From Deltaproteobacteria bacterium UBA4427 (GTDB lineage: Bacteria; Myxococcota_A; UBA9160; UBA4427): DNA of 64,000 nucleotides. The translations under genes and the position numbers were made by a program. Each line of letters starts with the position of its first letter. The first letter of the stretch is position 1. The stretch spans positions 3,165 through 67,164 of the forward strand of contig DGPZ01000003.1 of the NCBI GenBank assembly GCA_002390675.1. The letters are read 5' to 3'. The notes under the pieces are model-generated. The model was not told the DNA's origin. It searched no databases and saw only the letters and a list, made by a program, of their open reading frames with translations. Of the stretch, positions 28,398 through 36,055 are shown piece after piece.

Positions 28398-29358
28398 GTG
28401 GCTCATCCTCCTGGCCTCGAGGCCCCTTCGTTTGTCGTTCGGATTGCTCGTCAGGCTTAAAAACCGCCGATTCGATGCCCGAGTAGTGCACTTCGTAGCG
28501 TGCACCCAAATAGGTTGAAACGATTCGGCCCTCTCGGTCCAGCTCCCAAACCGAGCCGCGCCTAAGGCTTGCCGGCATCGAATCGGGTTCGGGGCTCGGC
28601 AGTTTCTGGAGCACCCTATGCTTCCCGCGGATCAAGTCACCGACGGAAAGGATGTCGTATCCGGTAAGTTGCTGGTACGCCTCGCGGGCCCGATCAAGAT
28701 GGCGGGCTTTGTGTTCAATCTCGATTTCATCAAGGGCGCCTTCGATTTTCGCGATCTCGGATTCGTCGTCAGTCGACACAAGAAGCTGACGGAGAAAGAT
28801 CTCCGCAACATCGATGTCGCCCTTCTGACTCTTCAGCCTCGCCAGGAGCCGCGGCAGATAGGCGGGCGATCCCTCGTTTTTGACGGCGCCCTCGAGCGCG
28901 CTCGCAGCCGCTTCAAAATCTCCGAGATAGTAAAACTGGTTAAAGCCGAGGTAGAAATAGTTCCGCCAGTCCTCGGGATGAAATTCGATGGCGCGTTCGA
29001 GCAAGAGGTTGGCATCGCGAACCTGCTCTTCGGAGTGTGTCATCCAAACAGCCGCAAAGCGGTAGGGGTGATCGACATATGGATTCAATGTCGTCACGAC
29101 ATCCACGAGCTTGCCTAGATGGCTGGCGGTATCGGCATCGATAACGTCATTCACCCCTGCAACCTGAACGGCTTGTAGCCAGTAGTAGTCCGCAAGAATC
29201 GCATCGAATCCAAGCGATGCGGCTTCGATGACATGAGGTGCGGGAACGAAAGCCTCACCACGATCGGTGCGAGTCTCATTAGGTAGGCGAGCGTGTACCC
29301 AACCTGTCGCACATACCGCGGCAATCAAGGCCGCCACCTGAATCAGCTTCGGGGACAC
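28387..29358 (-). CDS. pilG: Membrane-anchored TPR-like protein (PilG position of the M. xanthus pilA-pilGHI-pilD block)
   Basis: I place the start at GTG 29358, which has GGAGGA 7 nt upstream. It has an N-terminal TM anchor (LIQVAALIAAVCATGWV) and TPR-like helices (WRNYFYLGFNQFYYLGDFEAAASALEGAV). The name comes from position only. Confidence 0.5.
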   Translation of the reverse strand: MSPKLIQVAALIAAVCATGWVHARLPNETRTDRGEAFVPAPHVIEAASLGFDAILADYYWLQAVQVAGVNDVIDADTASHLGKLVDVVTTLNPYVDHPYRFAAVWMTHSEEQVRDANLLLERAIEFHPEDWRNYFYLGFNQFYYLGDFEAAASALEGAVKNEGSPAYLPRLLARLKSQKGDIDVAEIFLRQLLVSTDDESEIAKIEGALDEIEIEHKARHLDRAREAYQQLTGYDILSVGDLIRGKHRVLQKLPSPEPDSMPASLRRGSVWELDREGRIVSTYLGARYEVHYSGIESAVFKPDEQSERQTKGPRGQEDEPRDG

Positions 29359-29429
29359 CCCGCCATCCTCCAATGGTACGACCGCTCGGTAGAACGGCCT
29401 CGCTCTCTCAAAGAGAGCTGGAACGAGCT

Positions 29430-30008
29430 TCAGAAGTCGTCTGCGACCATGACGCGAGCAACTTCGTTGAATGCGCGGTCTCCGCCTGAAATCGGCGGGG
29501 ACTGGTTGCCACCCTGACCAGTTTCGCAGAAGCCACCAAGCGCATCAGGATGCGTGTAAAGGACAACCGAGAGACTCTCGTCACCGTCTAAGTTTCCGTA
29601 GGCGGAAGCCGTGAAGCAGGCTTCTGTACAGGTACAGGTGCCTGTCAACGGATCCACCGGCGTGGCCGTGTCGTAGTCAAAGAATACGTTGCCATCCGGA
29701 ACCCAACCGACTTCAGCGAAGGCTGTATTAAGAGGCGTCTTGTCGCGCTTAATCGTGGTCGGAGCCGCACCAAGCGTGAAGCCCGGCTCTGCCGCGACGG
29801 GCACAAAGTTGTTGTACTCAGCGAAGTAGGACTTCTGGGATTTCGCCAGAGAACCAAGATTCGCGAAAGCCTCAGCTCGCTTCGCTGTGAGCTGGTAGTT
29901 GATGAATGAGGGAATCGCGACCGAAGCTAGGACTCCAATGATCGCGACAACGACCATAAGCTCAACGAGAGTGAACCCGCTAGACAGTTTCTCGCGCTTG
30001 CTAATCAT
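29430..30008 (-). CDS. pilA: Type IVa pilin
   Basis: The start is ATG 30008, preceded by GGGAGAA. The leader is MISKREKLSSG and cleavage gives FTLVELMVVVAIIGVLASVAIPSF (Gly-1, Phe+1, Glu+5). C-terminal Cys residues are present. The first 43 residues of the track ORF are rejected. Confidence 0.88.
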   Translation of the reverse strand: MISKREKLSSGFTLVELMVVVAIIGVLASVAIPSFINYQLTAKRAEAFANLGSLAKSQKSYFAEYNNFVPVAAEPGFTLGAAPTTIKRDKTPLNTAFAEVGWVPDGNVFFDYDTATPVDPLTGTCTCTEACFTASAYGNLDGDESLSVVLYTHPDALGGFCETGQGGNQSPPISGGDRAFNEVARVMVADDF

Positions 30009-30312
30009 CACGTTCTCCCTGTGGGGTGATTCACATTCTCGCGAATATTGCCGACAAGCCCCTTCTCTAGAAGAGCAAGAGCAACGCGCGTCTCCGAAGG
30101 CGCGCACCATGATGTCTATCGGCAAGTGTCGCTGCACTCTTTAGTGAACACGACGACTTCCAGACTCCCTACCTCGTGAGTTCACCTGAGGGATTCCTGT
30201 TTTCCACAACACCAAGTGACAACCCTCGGCAATCGGAGCCCCAGCGAGGTACCCGCGCACGACGGATAACCGCACCACGGGAGACTTCTCACCTCAACGG
30301 TATTCAGCACAG

Positions 30313-30342
30313 TTGACAGTCGATGAAGCAGCCGGCTAGTCT
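30313..30342 (+). promoter_or_regulatory. Putative sigma70-type promoter of tRNA-Glu
   Basis: The -35 element is TTGACA (30313..30318), followed by an 18-nt spacer and TAGTCT (30337..30342). A GC-rich discriminator (CGCCCCGC) follows. The mature tRNA 5' end lies 17 nt after the -10 element. Confidence 0.5.
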
Positions 30343-30358
30343 CGCCCCGCTTCCGCGC

Positions 30359-30434
30359 GCTCCCATCGTCTAGTGGCCTAGGACGTGGCCCTCTCAAGGC
30401 CGAAACACGGGTTCGAGTCCCGTTGGGAGCGCCA
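30359..30434 (+). tRNA. tRNA-Glu (anticodon CTC), CCA encoded
   Basis: Hand-folded cloverleaf. The acceptor stem is GCTCCCA/TGGGAGC, the D arm GTC-TAGTGGCCTAG-GAC and the anticodon arm TGGCC-CTCTCAA-GGCCG. The T arm is ACGGG-TTCGAGT-CCCGT, followed by discriminator G and CCA. It closely parallels E. coli tRNA-Glu. Confidence 0.9.
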
Positions 30435-30644
30435 TCCTTCTTCTCGCTGCCTCGCTACTGGCTGCTGTTTTACAACTGTTGCCGGGTGGTGCAGGTGCAG
30501 CTCCATGCGTAGGCGTAGTGGCAGTCCAGCCTAGTCGGCTGCTCTCTATTACGCCGAAACGACCGCACTGGCAGTCCACTGCAACGCAGGTGAATTTGCT
30601 GCTGCCCAAGGCGGCCGCGAACGCCGGCGCATACGGATGATCGA

Positions 30645-31232
30645 TTGAGCTCTGAGTTTGCCTTCGCGTTCCTGGATTGTGAATTTGGTGGTCTCGATGT
30701 CGAGATTCACGACCTGACTGAAGTCGGGATCATCATGACCGACGCCCGCCTCGTGGAATCCACGGAAGCGCAGTGGCGAGTTCGCTCCCGCCCCGAGCGC
30801 ATCTCCAAGGAAGCTGCGGAGATCTTTGGATACGACGAAGCACTCTGGGCTAAAGCTCCGGGCGTGCGCCAAGTGCTCACCGAGATCGTTGAAATGCTTC
30901 CGAAGGACCGCAAGGTCATTCCCGCCGGACAAAACGTGCGGATGGACGTGATCTTTCTTGAACGTGCTTTCAAGAAGTGCGGGATCCCCTACCCCTTCGA
31001 CTATCACGTTCTGGACCTCGCGACGCTCTTCTACTCTTGGTCGCTTATCGCCGGAGAACCCGCACGCTCGGTTTCCCTCCGACAAGCCGCTACGACCGCC
31101 GGCCTACTCGGAGACGGTGGCGTGGCGCATCGCGCGCTCGAAGACGCCCGCCTCACCCTCGAGTGCTATCGCCACTACATCGCGCGCCTCGCACCTCGAG
31201 ACCCAGCAGAGTTGCCGGCGCCTCCCGAGTAG
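30645..31232 (+). CDS. DEDDh-type 3'-5' exonuclease (DnaQ/epsilon-like, stand-alone)
   Basis: The Exo I motif is FLDCEFGGLD, very close to the N-terminus (TTG start at 30645). The Exo III motif is AHRALEDARLT (H-x4-D). The protein is 195 aa. Confidence 0.75.
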   Translation: MSSEFAFAFLDCEFGGLDVEIHDLTEVGIIMTDARLVESTEAQWRVRSRPERISKEAAEIFGYDEALWAKAPGVRQVLTEIVEMLPKDRKVIPAGQNVRMDVIFLERAFKKCGIPYPFDYHVLDLATLFYSWSLIAGEPARSVSLRQAATTAGLLGDGGVAHRALEDARLTLECYRHYIARLAPRDPAELPAPPE

Positions 31233-31309
31233 ACACCGGGACTCTCGAAGGCCGACGACACCCTCATCTTTGCGCGTCGCTCAGCCCGGATCCTCACGCC
31301 ACCAGGCCC

Positions 31310-31906
31310 TCACACCACACGTGCGCGCCATTTATCGAGAGCTCGCAGATCGATGCGGCCTAACAGCGAGACCGCCCATCGTCCCCACCAGGTCGTTGGG
31401 TTAAAACGCAGCGCTGTGGCAAAGTCCAGCAGCACGGGATGACCGTCTTCCCCAGCCAGCACATTGCTCCTATGTCTCAGATCGAGATGTACGAGCCCCC
31501 TGGCATGCATGTCCTCGACCCCAGTCTGGAGCTCTGGAAGAAACTCGGCGGGCAGCGTCCCGCGCAGCGAACGCGACAGAAGCACCCCCGGACGATATTC
31601 CAGTATAATTGCAAGTTCGTCGACTCTGCCTAATAACCGGGGAACCGCGGCAAGTCCTTCCAGATGCCGGTAGGCCTGCTCCTCGCGGCGCAGGCTCCAA
31701 GGGCCCAGCCAACGTCTAACCCAACCGGACCGTGGCGAGAAATCTTTGACCACCACAGGCCCCGCCTCTGTTTGCACGAGTAGTACGTCGGGATTGCCCC
31801 AGCCTCCGCGATGGAGCATCTCCTTGGCGCTTTTTTCGATTTCGGATCGGCATAGCAGCCCCTCCGATGGGGGCCGCCCGGCTCGCAACTCGCTCACGCC
31901 GCCCAT
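31310..31906 (-). CDS. Small atypical protein-kinase-like fold protein (Kdo/RIO-like; start uncertain)
   Basis: It has VVVKDF (VAIK-like Lys), a catalytic-loop-like GLVHLDLRHRSNVL and a DFG-like VLLDFATA. The candidate ATG at 31906 overlaps the ICMT stop by 13 nt. The alternative is ATG 31819. The track start at 32080 would lie inside the ICMT gene. Confidence 0.55.
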   Translation of the reverse strand: MGGVSELRAGRPPSEGLLCRSEIEKSAKEMLHRGGWGNPDVLLVQTEAGPVVVKDFSPRSGWVRRWLGPWSLRREEQAYRHLEGLAAVPRLLGRVDELAIILEYRPGVLLSRSLRGTLPAEFLPELQTGVEDMHARGLVHLDLRHRSNVLAGEDGHPVLLDFATALRFNPTTWWGRWAVSLLGRIDLRALDKWRARVV

Positions 31907-32499
31907 CCAAAGGCTCGCAAGCCGAAGAAGACGCCACCGATCATGACGGCCAGGAGTGTGCCTAACTCGTTGTTGTCGGAGTAGCGGTCGAGCCTCCATT
32001 TGGAATCTCCAGAAGCCGGAGCCTCGTCTGATTCGGGAATACTGCTCGAAGCATCGCTCCAGGCTGTCCATCGCGGCCAAAGCGCCGGCACCGCCGTGCG
32101 ATATCGATCAAACCGCTCGCCGTAGCGAGACGCCAATCGACTGCTCTCGACTTCTTCCTTGCGCGGGAAATAGTACCCGGCGAACCACGGCCAAAATGCG
32201 AGAAGCGCTAGCACGCTCAGAAAACCGCCGATCGCGATCGCGAATCCGGTCCCGATCAAGATCGTGCCCAGGTAGAGCGGGTGCCGCAAATAGGCGTACG
32301 GTCCGGTGGTCGTCAAATCGTCGTTCTTGACGAGATGCCCAGCGCCCCACCCTCGAAGCAATGTCCCAGCGATCCATAACGGTGCCGCAAACCCAAAAGA
32401 ACGCGCGTCGGGCGAATACGTCGCCAGGATCACCAGTCCGATCACATAGAGCGGAAGGAAGCGCGCCTTGAAGTTCTTGAGGCGGACGGGATTCCGCAT
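31894..32499 (-). CDS. Isoprenylcysteine carboxyl methyltransferase (ICMT)/phospholipid methyltransferase family membrane protein
   Basis: It is a multi-TM protein with GAGHLVKNDDLTTTGPYAYLRHPLYLGTILIGTGFAI, which is the ICMT/PEMT family C-terminal signature. Confidence 0.75.
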   Translation of the reverse strand: MRNPVRLKNFKARFLPLYVIGLVILATYSPDARSFGFAAPLWIAGTLLRGWGAGHLVKNDDLTTTGPYAYLRHPLYLGTILIGTGFAIAIGGFLSVLALLAFWPWFAGYYFPRKEEVESSRLASRYGERFDRYRTAVPALWPRWTAWSDASSSIPESDEAPASGDSKWRLDRYSDNNELGTLLAVMIGGVFFGLRAFGWAA

Positions 32500-32624
32500 G
32501 GCTCTACGCTAATCCCCGTGGCCCGAAGGGGCAACGCCAAGAAGAGAGGCGGTCATCCGCACCAGTGGCTGGCTCGGCAGGCCGGTTGTGACGGTCCGCC
32601 TCCAATGCCGACTAATGATCCGCG

Positions 32625-33059
32625 CTAATGATCTAAGTCGTCCGATTTCAGCGAATGCGACTGGCCCTTGGCGCGCCCTTCGTCGAGCACCATCTCCCAG
32701 AGCTCTTCGCGCAGCCGCTCGCGGAATTCCGGATTTACCGGAACCGGGTCGAGGTCGGAGGCGAGGAACTCGAGCAGCTCGGGATCGCCCTGGGCGTCTC
32801 CCCAATGCTCGTCTAGTGCGGCGACGCCAGAGGACGAGTTCGCCTCAGGAATCGGCACGCGTGCCGCATCGATTAGAGACCGCGTGCGCGCAGCTCCCCG
32901 AACACCCCGACCCCCTTGAACAATAGGCACAACATTCGACGGCCATTCATCCGTAGTCGATTCAGGAGCTGAGCGCTCGGGTGTTGCCGGTGCGGGTAAA
33001 TCATATGGGACCGGCTTCAGCCAGTTCCTTATTTCCTGCCAGATTTTGTCTCGCACCAC
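32625..33059 (-). CDS. Hypothetical acidic cytoplasmic protein
   Basis: It is a 144-aa ORF with a GTG start and GGAGGT about 10 nt upstream. I recognise no motif and see no TM segment. The coding call rests on ORF length and the Shine-Dalgarno sequence only. Confidence 0.4.
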   Translation of the reverse strand: MVRDKIWQEIRNWLKPVPYDLPAPATPERSAPESTTDEWPSNVVPIVQGGRGVRGAARTRSLIDAARVPIPEANSSSGVAALDEHWGDAQGDPELLEFLASDLDPVPVNPEFRERLREELWEMVLDEGRAKGQSHSLKSDDLDH

Positions 33060-33325
33060 GAGTGACCTACCTCCATGAGGTCGACGAGGTGCGCCGTATG
33101 CGCCTCATCGATCTCAAATATTTATTCGGTTTTCGGACCCGAATTCGGAGCCGCAGTCGCGATTCCGATATCTGATGTCATCTCAAAGTGGTCAAAGCAC
33201 CCATCTTGTGTCAGAAACGAACCAATTAATCCCATCGATCAGAATAGATTCTCAAAAATGATCCCTGCAGGCAGTCGATTTGAAGTGCGGCGGGTTCCCA
33301 CGAGGGAGTCATCAGGCCCCTGCGG

Positions 33326-34018
33326 CTAGGTGGGGCCCGACAGACCTCTTACGAGTAACTCGATCAACGCTTCACAGGTTCGCTGTAATTCCTCACCTGG
33401 CGGAATCCGCGTGTAGACCCCGAATAGACTGGTCATCAAAACGAGTGCGACCTGCTCCGGCGGGAGATCACTCTTCACCTCACCTCGATCGAAAGCGTTT
33501 CGAAGGTGGCTCGCCAGCTCATCCGAGAGGCTTGGAATGTTCTGACTTGGATCCTGAACATCGTAGGGGCGCCGAACGTAAAGAGAGAGCATTTCGCCAA
33601 GTAGGTCCGCTTCTCCAACCAGGCTGTGTTCATCGAGGATCGCTTCGTTCACGCGCATCAGGAGCTCCCTCAGCGACGGATTCGACTCGTCGAGAACGGC
33701 GACTCGTCGGGCCACCCGCGCACTGATGCGCCGGGCTAGCTCGATCAAGACATCATCCTTGGTCGCGAAGTGGAAGTAGAACGTTCCTCGCGCCACCCCG
33801 GCGGCTCGTGCGATACGGTCGATCTGCGAGGCGCCTACGCCGACCTCGCGAAATTCTCTCAATGCCATCTCGAAGAGTCTTTCCCGCGTCTCGGCACGCT
33901 TTCGCGCCCTCAGGCCCTCTTCTCGCGAAGCGGGCCTATTCGCGTCGTCTCCCGAGAGGTTCCTACTACCCCCTGTGATGGAACGGGATGTACCGATGGT
34001 TGGCGGAAGGCTGCCCAT
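33326..34018 (-). CDS. TetR/AcrR family transcriptional regulator
   Basis: The HTH region is RERLFEMALREFREVGVGASQIDRIARAAGVARGTFYFHFATKDDVL. The protein is 230 aa. Confidence 0.88.
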   Translation of the reverse strand: MGSLPPTIGTSRSITGGSRNLSGDDANRPASREEGLRARKRAETRERLFEMALREFREVGVGASQIDRIARAAGVARGTFYFHFATKDDVLIELARRISARVARRVAVLDESNPSLRELLMRVNEAILDEHSLVGEADLLGEMLSLYVRRPYDVQDPSQNIPSLSDELASHLRNAFDRGEVKSDLPPEQVALVLMTSLFGVYTRIPPGEELQRTCEALIELLVRGLSGPT

Positions 34019-34496
34019 GCCGAGGGATTAAGAAACTGGCTGACGTTTGTCAACCAAAAATACCCCCCGGGAACCGGTGGCCGCCCGACGGGTTGTATGA
34101 AACACGACGCTGGATGCAGTCTCGTCTGACGGGCTGTCGGGTGAGGCCCCACTTGTGCGGAAACTTCTCGCGGGTCGCAAATGGCCTCAACTGCGGCTCG
34201 CCCACGATTGCACCTGCAGTGTCTCGGCGCCGGATCAAACTTCCAGACCGCGCCAAGTCGCTAACCGGCAAGCTATCGAAGGGGCAATCGAACGAAGCCC
34301 AGCGGGACCTTCCTCGGCAACAGTCGTCCATCACCATCGAGGCGGGTGATGGACGGCTGTCGAGGCCGGTCGGGCCCGGCAGAGCCCGAGCCGCGGGAAG
34401 GTCCAAACGGAAAGGGTCGGAAGGTGAGCGAGGCTTGAACTTGGACGCAGACCCTGCCCGGAATCCGTGTTCTTCTAAAGCAAACAGAAGGGAATA

Positions 34497-35096
34497 TTAA
34501 GGGCGGAGTAATCCCTCAAGGCCGGGTGTGCCCGCCGAAATAGCTCGCCGCATCCGATAGAGATTCGCTTTCACGGCGTCCTCGCTCTTACCGAGCGCGG
34601 TCGCGATAGCCCGAATGGGCTGCTGCCGAAGATGCTTAAGATGGAAGATCCGGCGCTGTAAAGGCGTCAGATCATTCGCGATCACGTATTCGCACCGACC
34701 TAACACTCGTCGCGCATCGACGGTCTCATCCGCGAAGGGACCCTGCGCTTGAATATCGAGGGCACCGCCCTCTTCGAGAGGCTCAAGCCGCGGACTCGGC
34801 CGCCGGAAGCGTCGGTTCACCTTGTTGCGCGTGACACCAAAGATCCAAACCAAGAGTGCGGATTCGCCCTTGTAGGAGCCAAGCGCCGACATCAAGGTCA
34901 TGAAGACCTCTTGCGCAACATCCTCTGCTTCTCCGGGGTCGTTCAGTCGCTTCAAAGCAAAGCGATAGACACGCGGAAAATAGGTTTCGTAGAGAAGGTC
35001 GAAATGTTCTCGACTACCGGCCAAGATCTGTTCAACGAGCTCTTGGTCGGAATCCCAGGCCTTTTTGGTCTGATTAGTCTGGTGATCTCTTTGCAC
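34497..35096 (-). CDS. ECF-type RNA polymerase sigma factor (sigma-70 family, regions 2 and 4)
   Basis: Region 2 is FDLLYETYFPRVYRFALKRLNDPGEAEDVAQEVF. Region 4 is LTPLQRRIFHLKHLRQQPIRAIATALGKSEDAVKANLYRMR. I place the start at GTG 35096, with GAGGAG 7 nt upstream. The track start at 35180 is rejected. No anti-sigma gene is adjacent. Confidence 0.85.
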   Translation of the reverse strand: MQRDHQTNQTKKAWDSDQELVEQILAGSREHFDLLYETYFPRVYRFALKRLNDPGEAEDVAQEVFMTLMSALGSYKGESALLVWIFGVTRNKVNRRFRRPSPRLEPLEEGGALDIQAQGPFADETVDARRVLGRCEYVIANDLTPLQRRIFHLKHLRQQPIRAIATALGKSEDAVKANLYRMRRAISAGTPGLEGLLRP

Positions 35097-35131
35097 GATT
35101 ATGCTCCTCGATTTCGGCGAGGTGTCGCGCG

Positions 35132-35157
35132 GACGCTCCAAGCGCCGACCACATTCC
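35132..35157 (-). promoter_or_regulatory. Putative ECF-type (autoregulated) promoter
   Basis: On the minus strand GGAAT (35157..35153) is followed by 17 nt and then CGTC (35135..35132), about 36 nt upstream of the sigma-factor GTG. This matches the generic ECF pattern GGAAC-N16/17-CGTC. Confidence 0.45.
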
Positions 35158-35545
35158 GGGTGCCGAATACCTCGACGCACGAATCGCGTTCAGTCGCTTG
35201 ATCAGATCCGATCACCCTGTTCGCTTCCACATGATTCCAGCAGGTCCCTGAACTCCTGCTGGGTGGTCGCGATTGATCGAACCTTTTGTCCACTCGAACT
35301 CGCCGAGCTTTTTGGCTTTTCAAAAGTCAGTCCAGTCACCCGGACACAGTCCATGATATAAGCAAGCTACGTGCCAGCCCACCCTCAGGTGCGCCTTTCC
35401 CTCTAAGTCACTGAATTCGCACGGGCGTGACTCCGATCACCGAAAACCTCGGAATGCCCCAACACCTTGAAAAATGGAAGTTTTTTGCCCATTCCGGAGA
35501 GCATCCTCCTCATACCCAACTTTCTGCCGCTTTCGATTCGGATCT

Positions 35546-36055
35546 TCAGACCTTCCCGGGAACCAGGAACCAACGCCCCTCCTGCCAGCGCCACTCGTCC
35601 TTCCGAGCAAGAGAAGTATTCCACCAGCGCAACGGAAGGTCGTTTCGGCCAACGAATCGAAGGTCGAGCATAAGGTTGCCGGTCTCGGATATCTCGACAC
35701 CCAAAAGCTCGACGCGCGTCGGTCGGTTGTATCGAATATTGGCCCGGTCGAGCGCATCAACCAGCGCCGCGTAGTAGTCCGAGTACGAGGCCACATCGGG
35801 AAAAAATTGCCGAACGCTCGGGTCCTCGAAGGTCGCACGTGAGTTGAAGCGCCGACTCGTAATCCGGCCATAGAAAATCTCAGAAAGCGGCAATAGCTGC
35901 GAAACCGCTTCCGCCGGCAAAGCCGCCGCGATCTCGGTCCGCTCCGTATCCGTTAGATCATCGCCCCAGGATCCGACCGGCCCCGAGTTCGCACAGCCGG
36001 TCCCAATCAGAACGAGTGCAAGGAGCAATCTTTGCGGCCGTGGCAAACGACTCAA
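35546..36055 (-). CDS. Hypothetical lipoprotein
   Basis: The signal peptide carries a lipobox (LLLALVLIGTGC|ANSG). The protein is 169 aa. The ATG overlaps the ppdK stop by 4 nt. Confidence 0.65.
   Translation of the reverse strand: MSRLPRPQRLLLALVLIGTGCANSGPVGSWGDDLTDTERTEIAAALPAEAVSQLLPLSEIFYGRITSRRFNSRATFEDPSVRQFFPDVASYSDYYAALVDALDRANIRYNRPTRVELLGVEISETGNLMLDLRFVGRNDLPLRWWNTSLARKDEWRWQEGRWFLVPGKV

Noticed and set aside
30569-30584. A possible sigma54 promoter (TGGCAG-N5-TGCA) upstream of the exonuclease gene. Sigma54-like words upstream of pilA (30040-30140) were also considered.
   Set aside because: The GG-to-GC spacing is 9 nt rather than 10 nt. The pilA upstream candidates lack the GG/GC dinucleotides at the proper distance.
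34050-34406. A 118-codon minus-strand ORF downstream of the ECF sigma gene, considered as a possible anti-sigma factor.
   Set aside because: It has no zf-HC2 or other anti-sigma motif and no TM helix. Its composition is Arg/Cys/Trp-rich. It also overlaps the putative TetR promoter, so it is not credible as a protein.
35097-35545. Small minus-strand ORFs upstream of the ECF sigma gene: MLSGMGKKLPFFKVLGH... (33 aa) and MDCVRVTGLTFEKPKSS... (50 aa).
   Set aside because: They have no usable Shine-Dalgarno spacing (AGGAGG abuts the ATG), no motifs, and sit in an AT-richer region. They are kept only as part of the finding on silent flanks.
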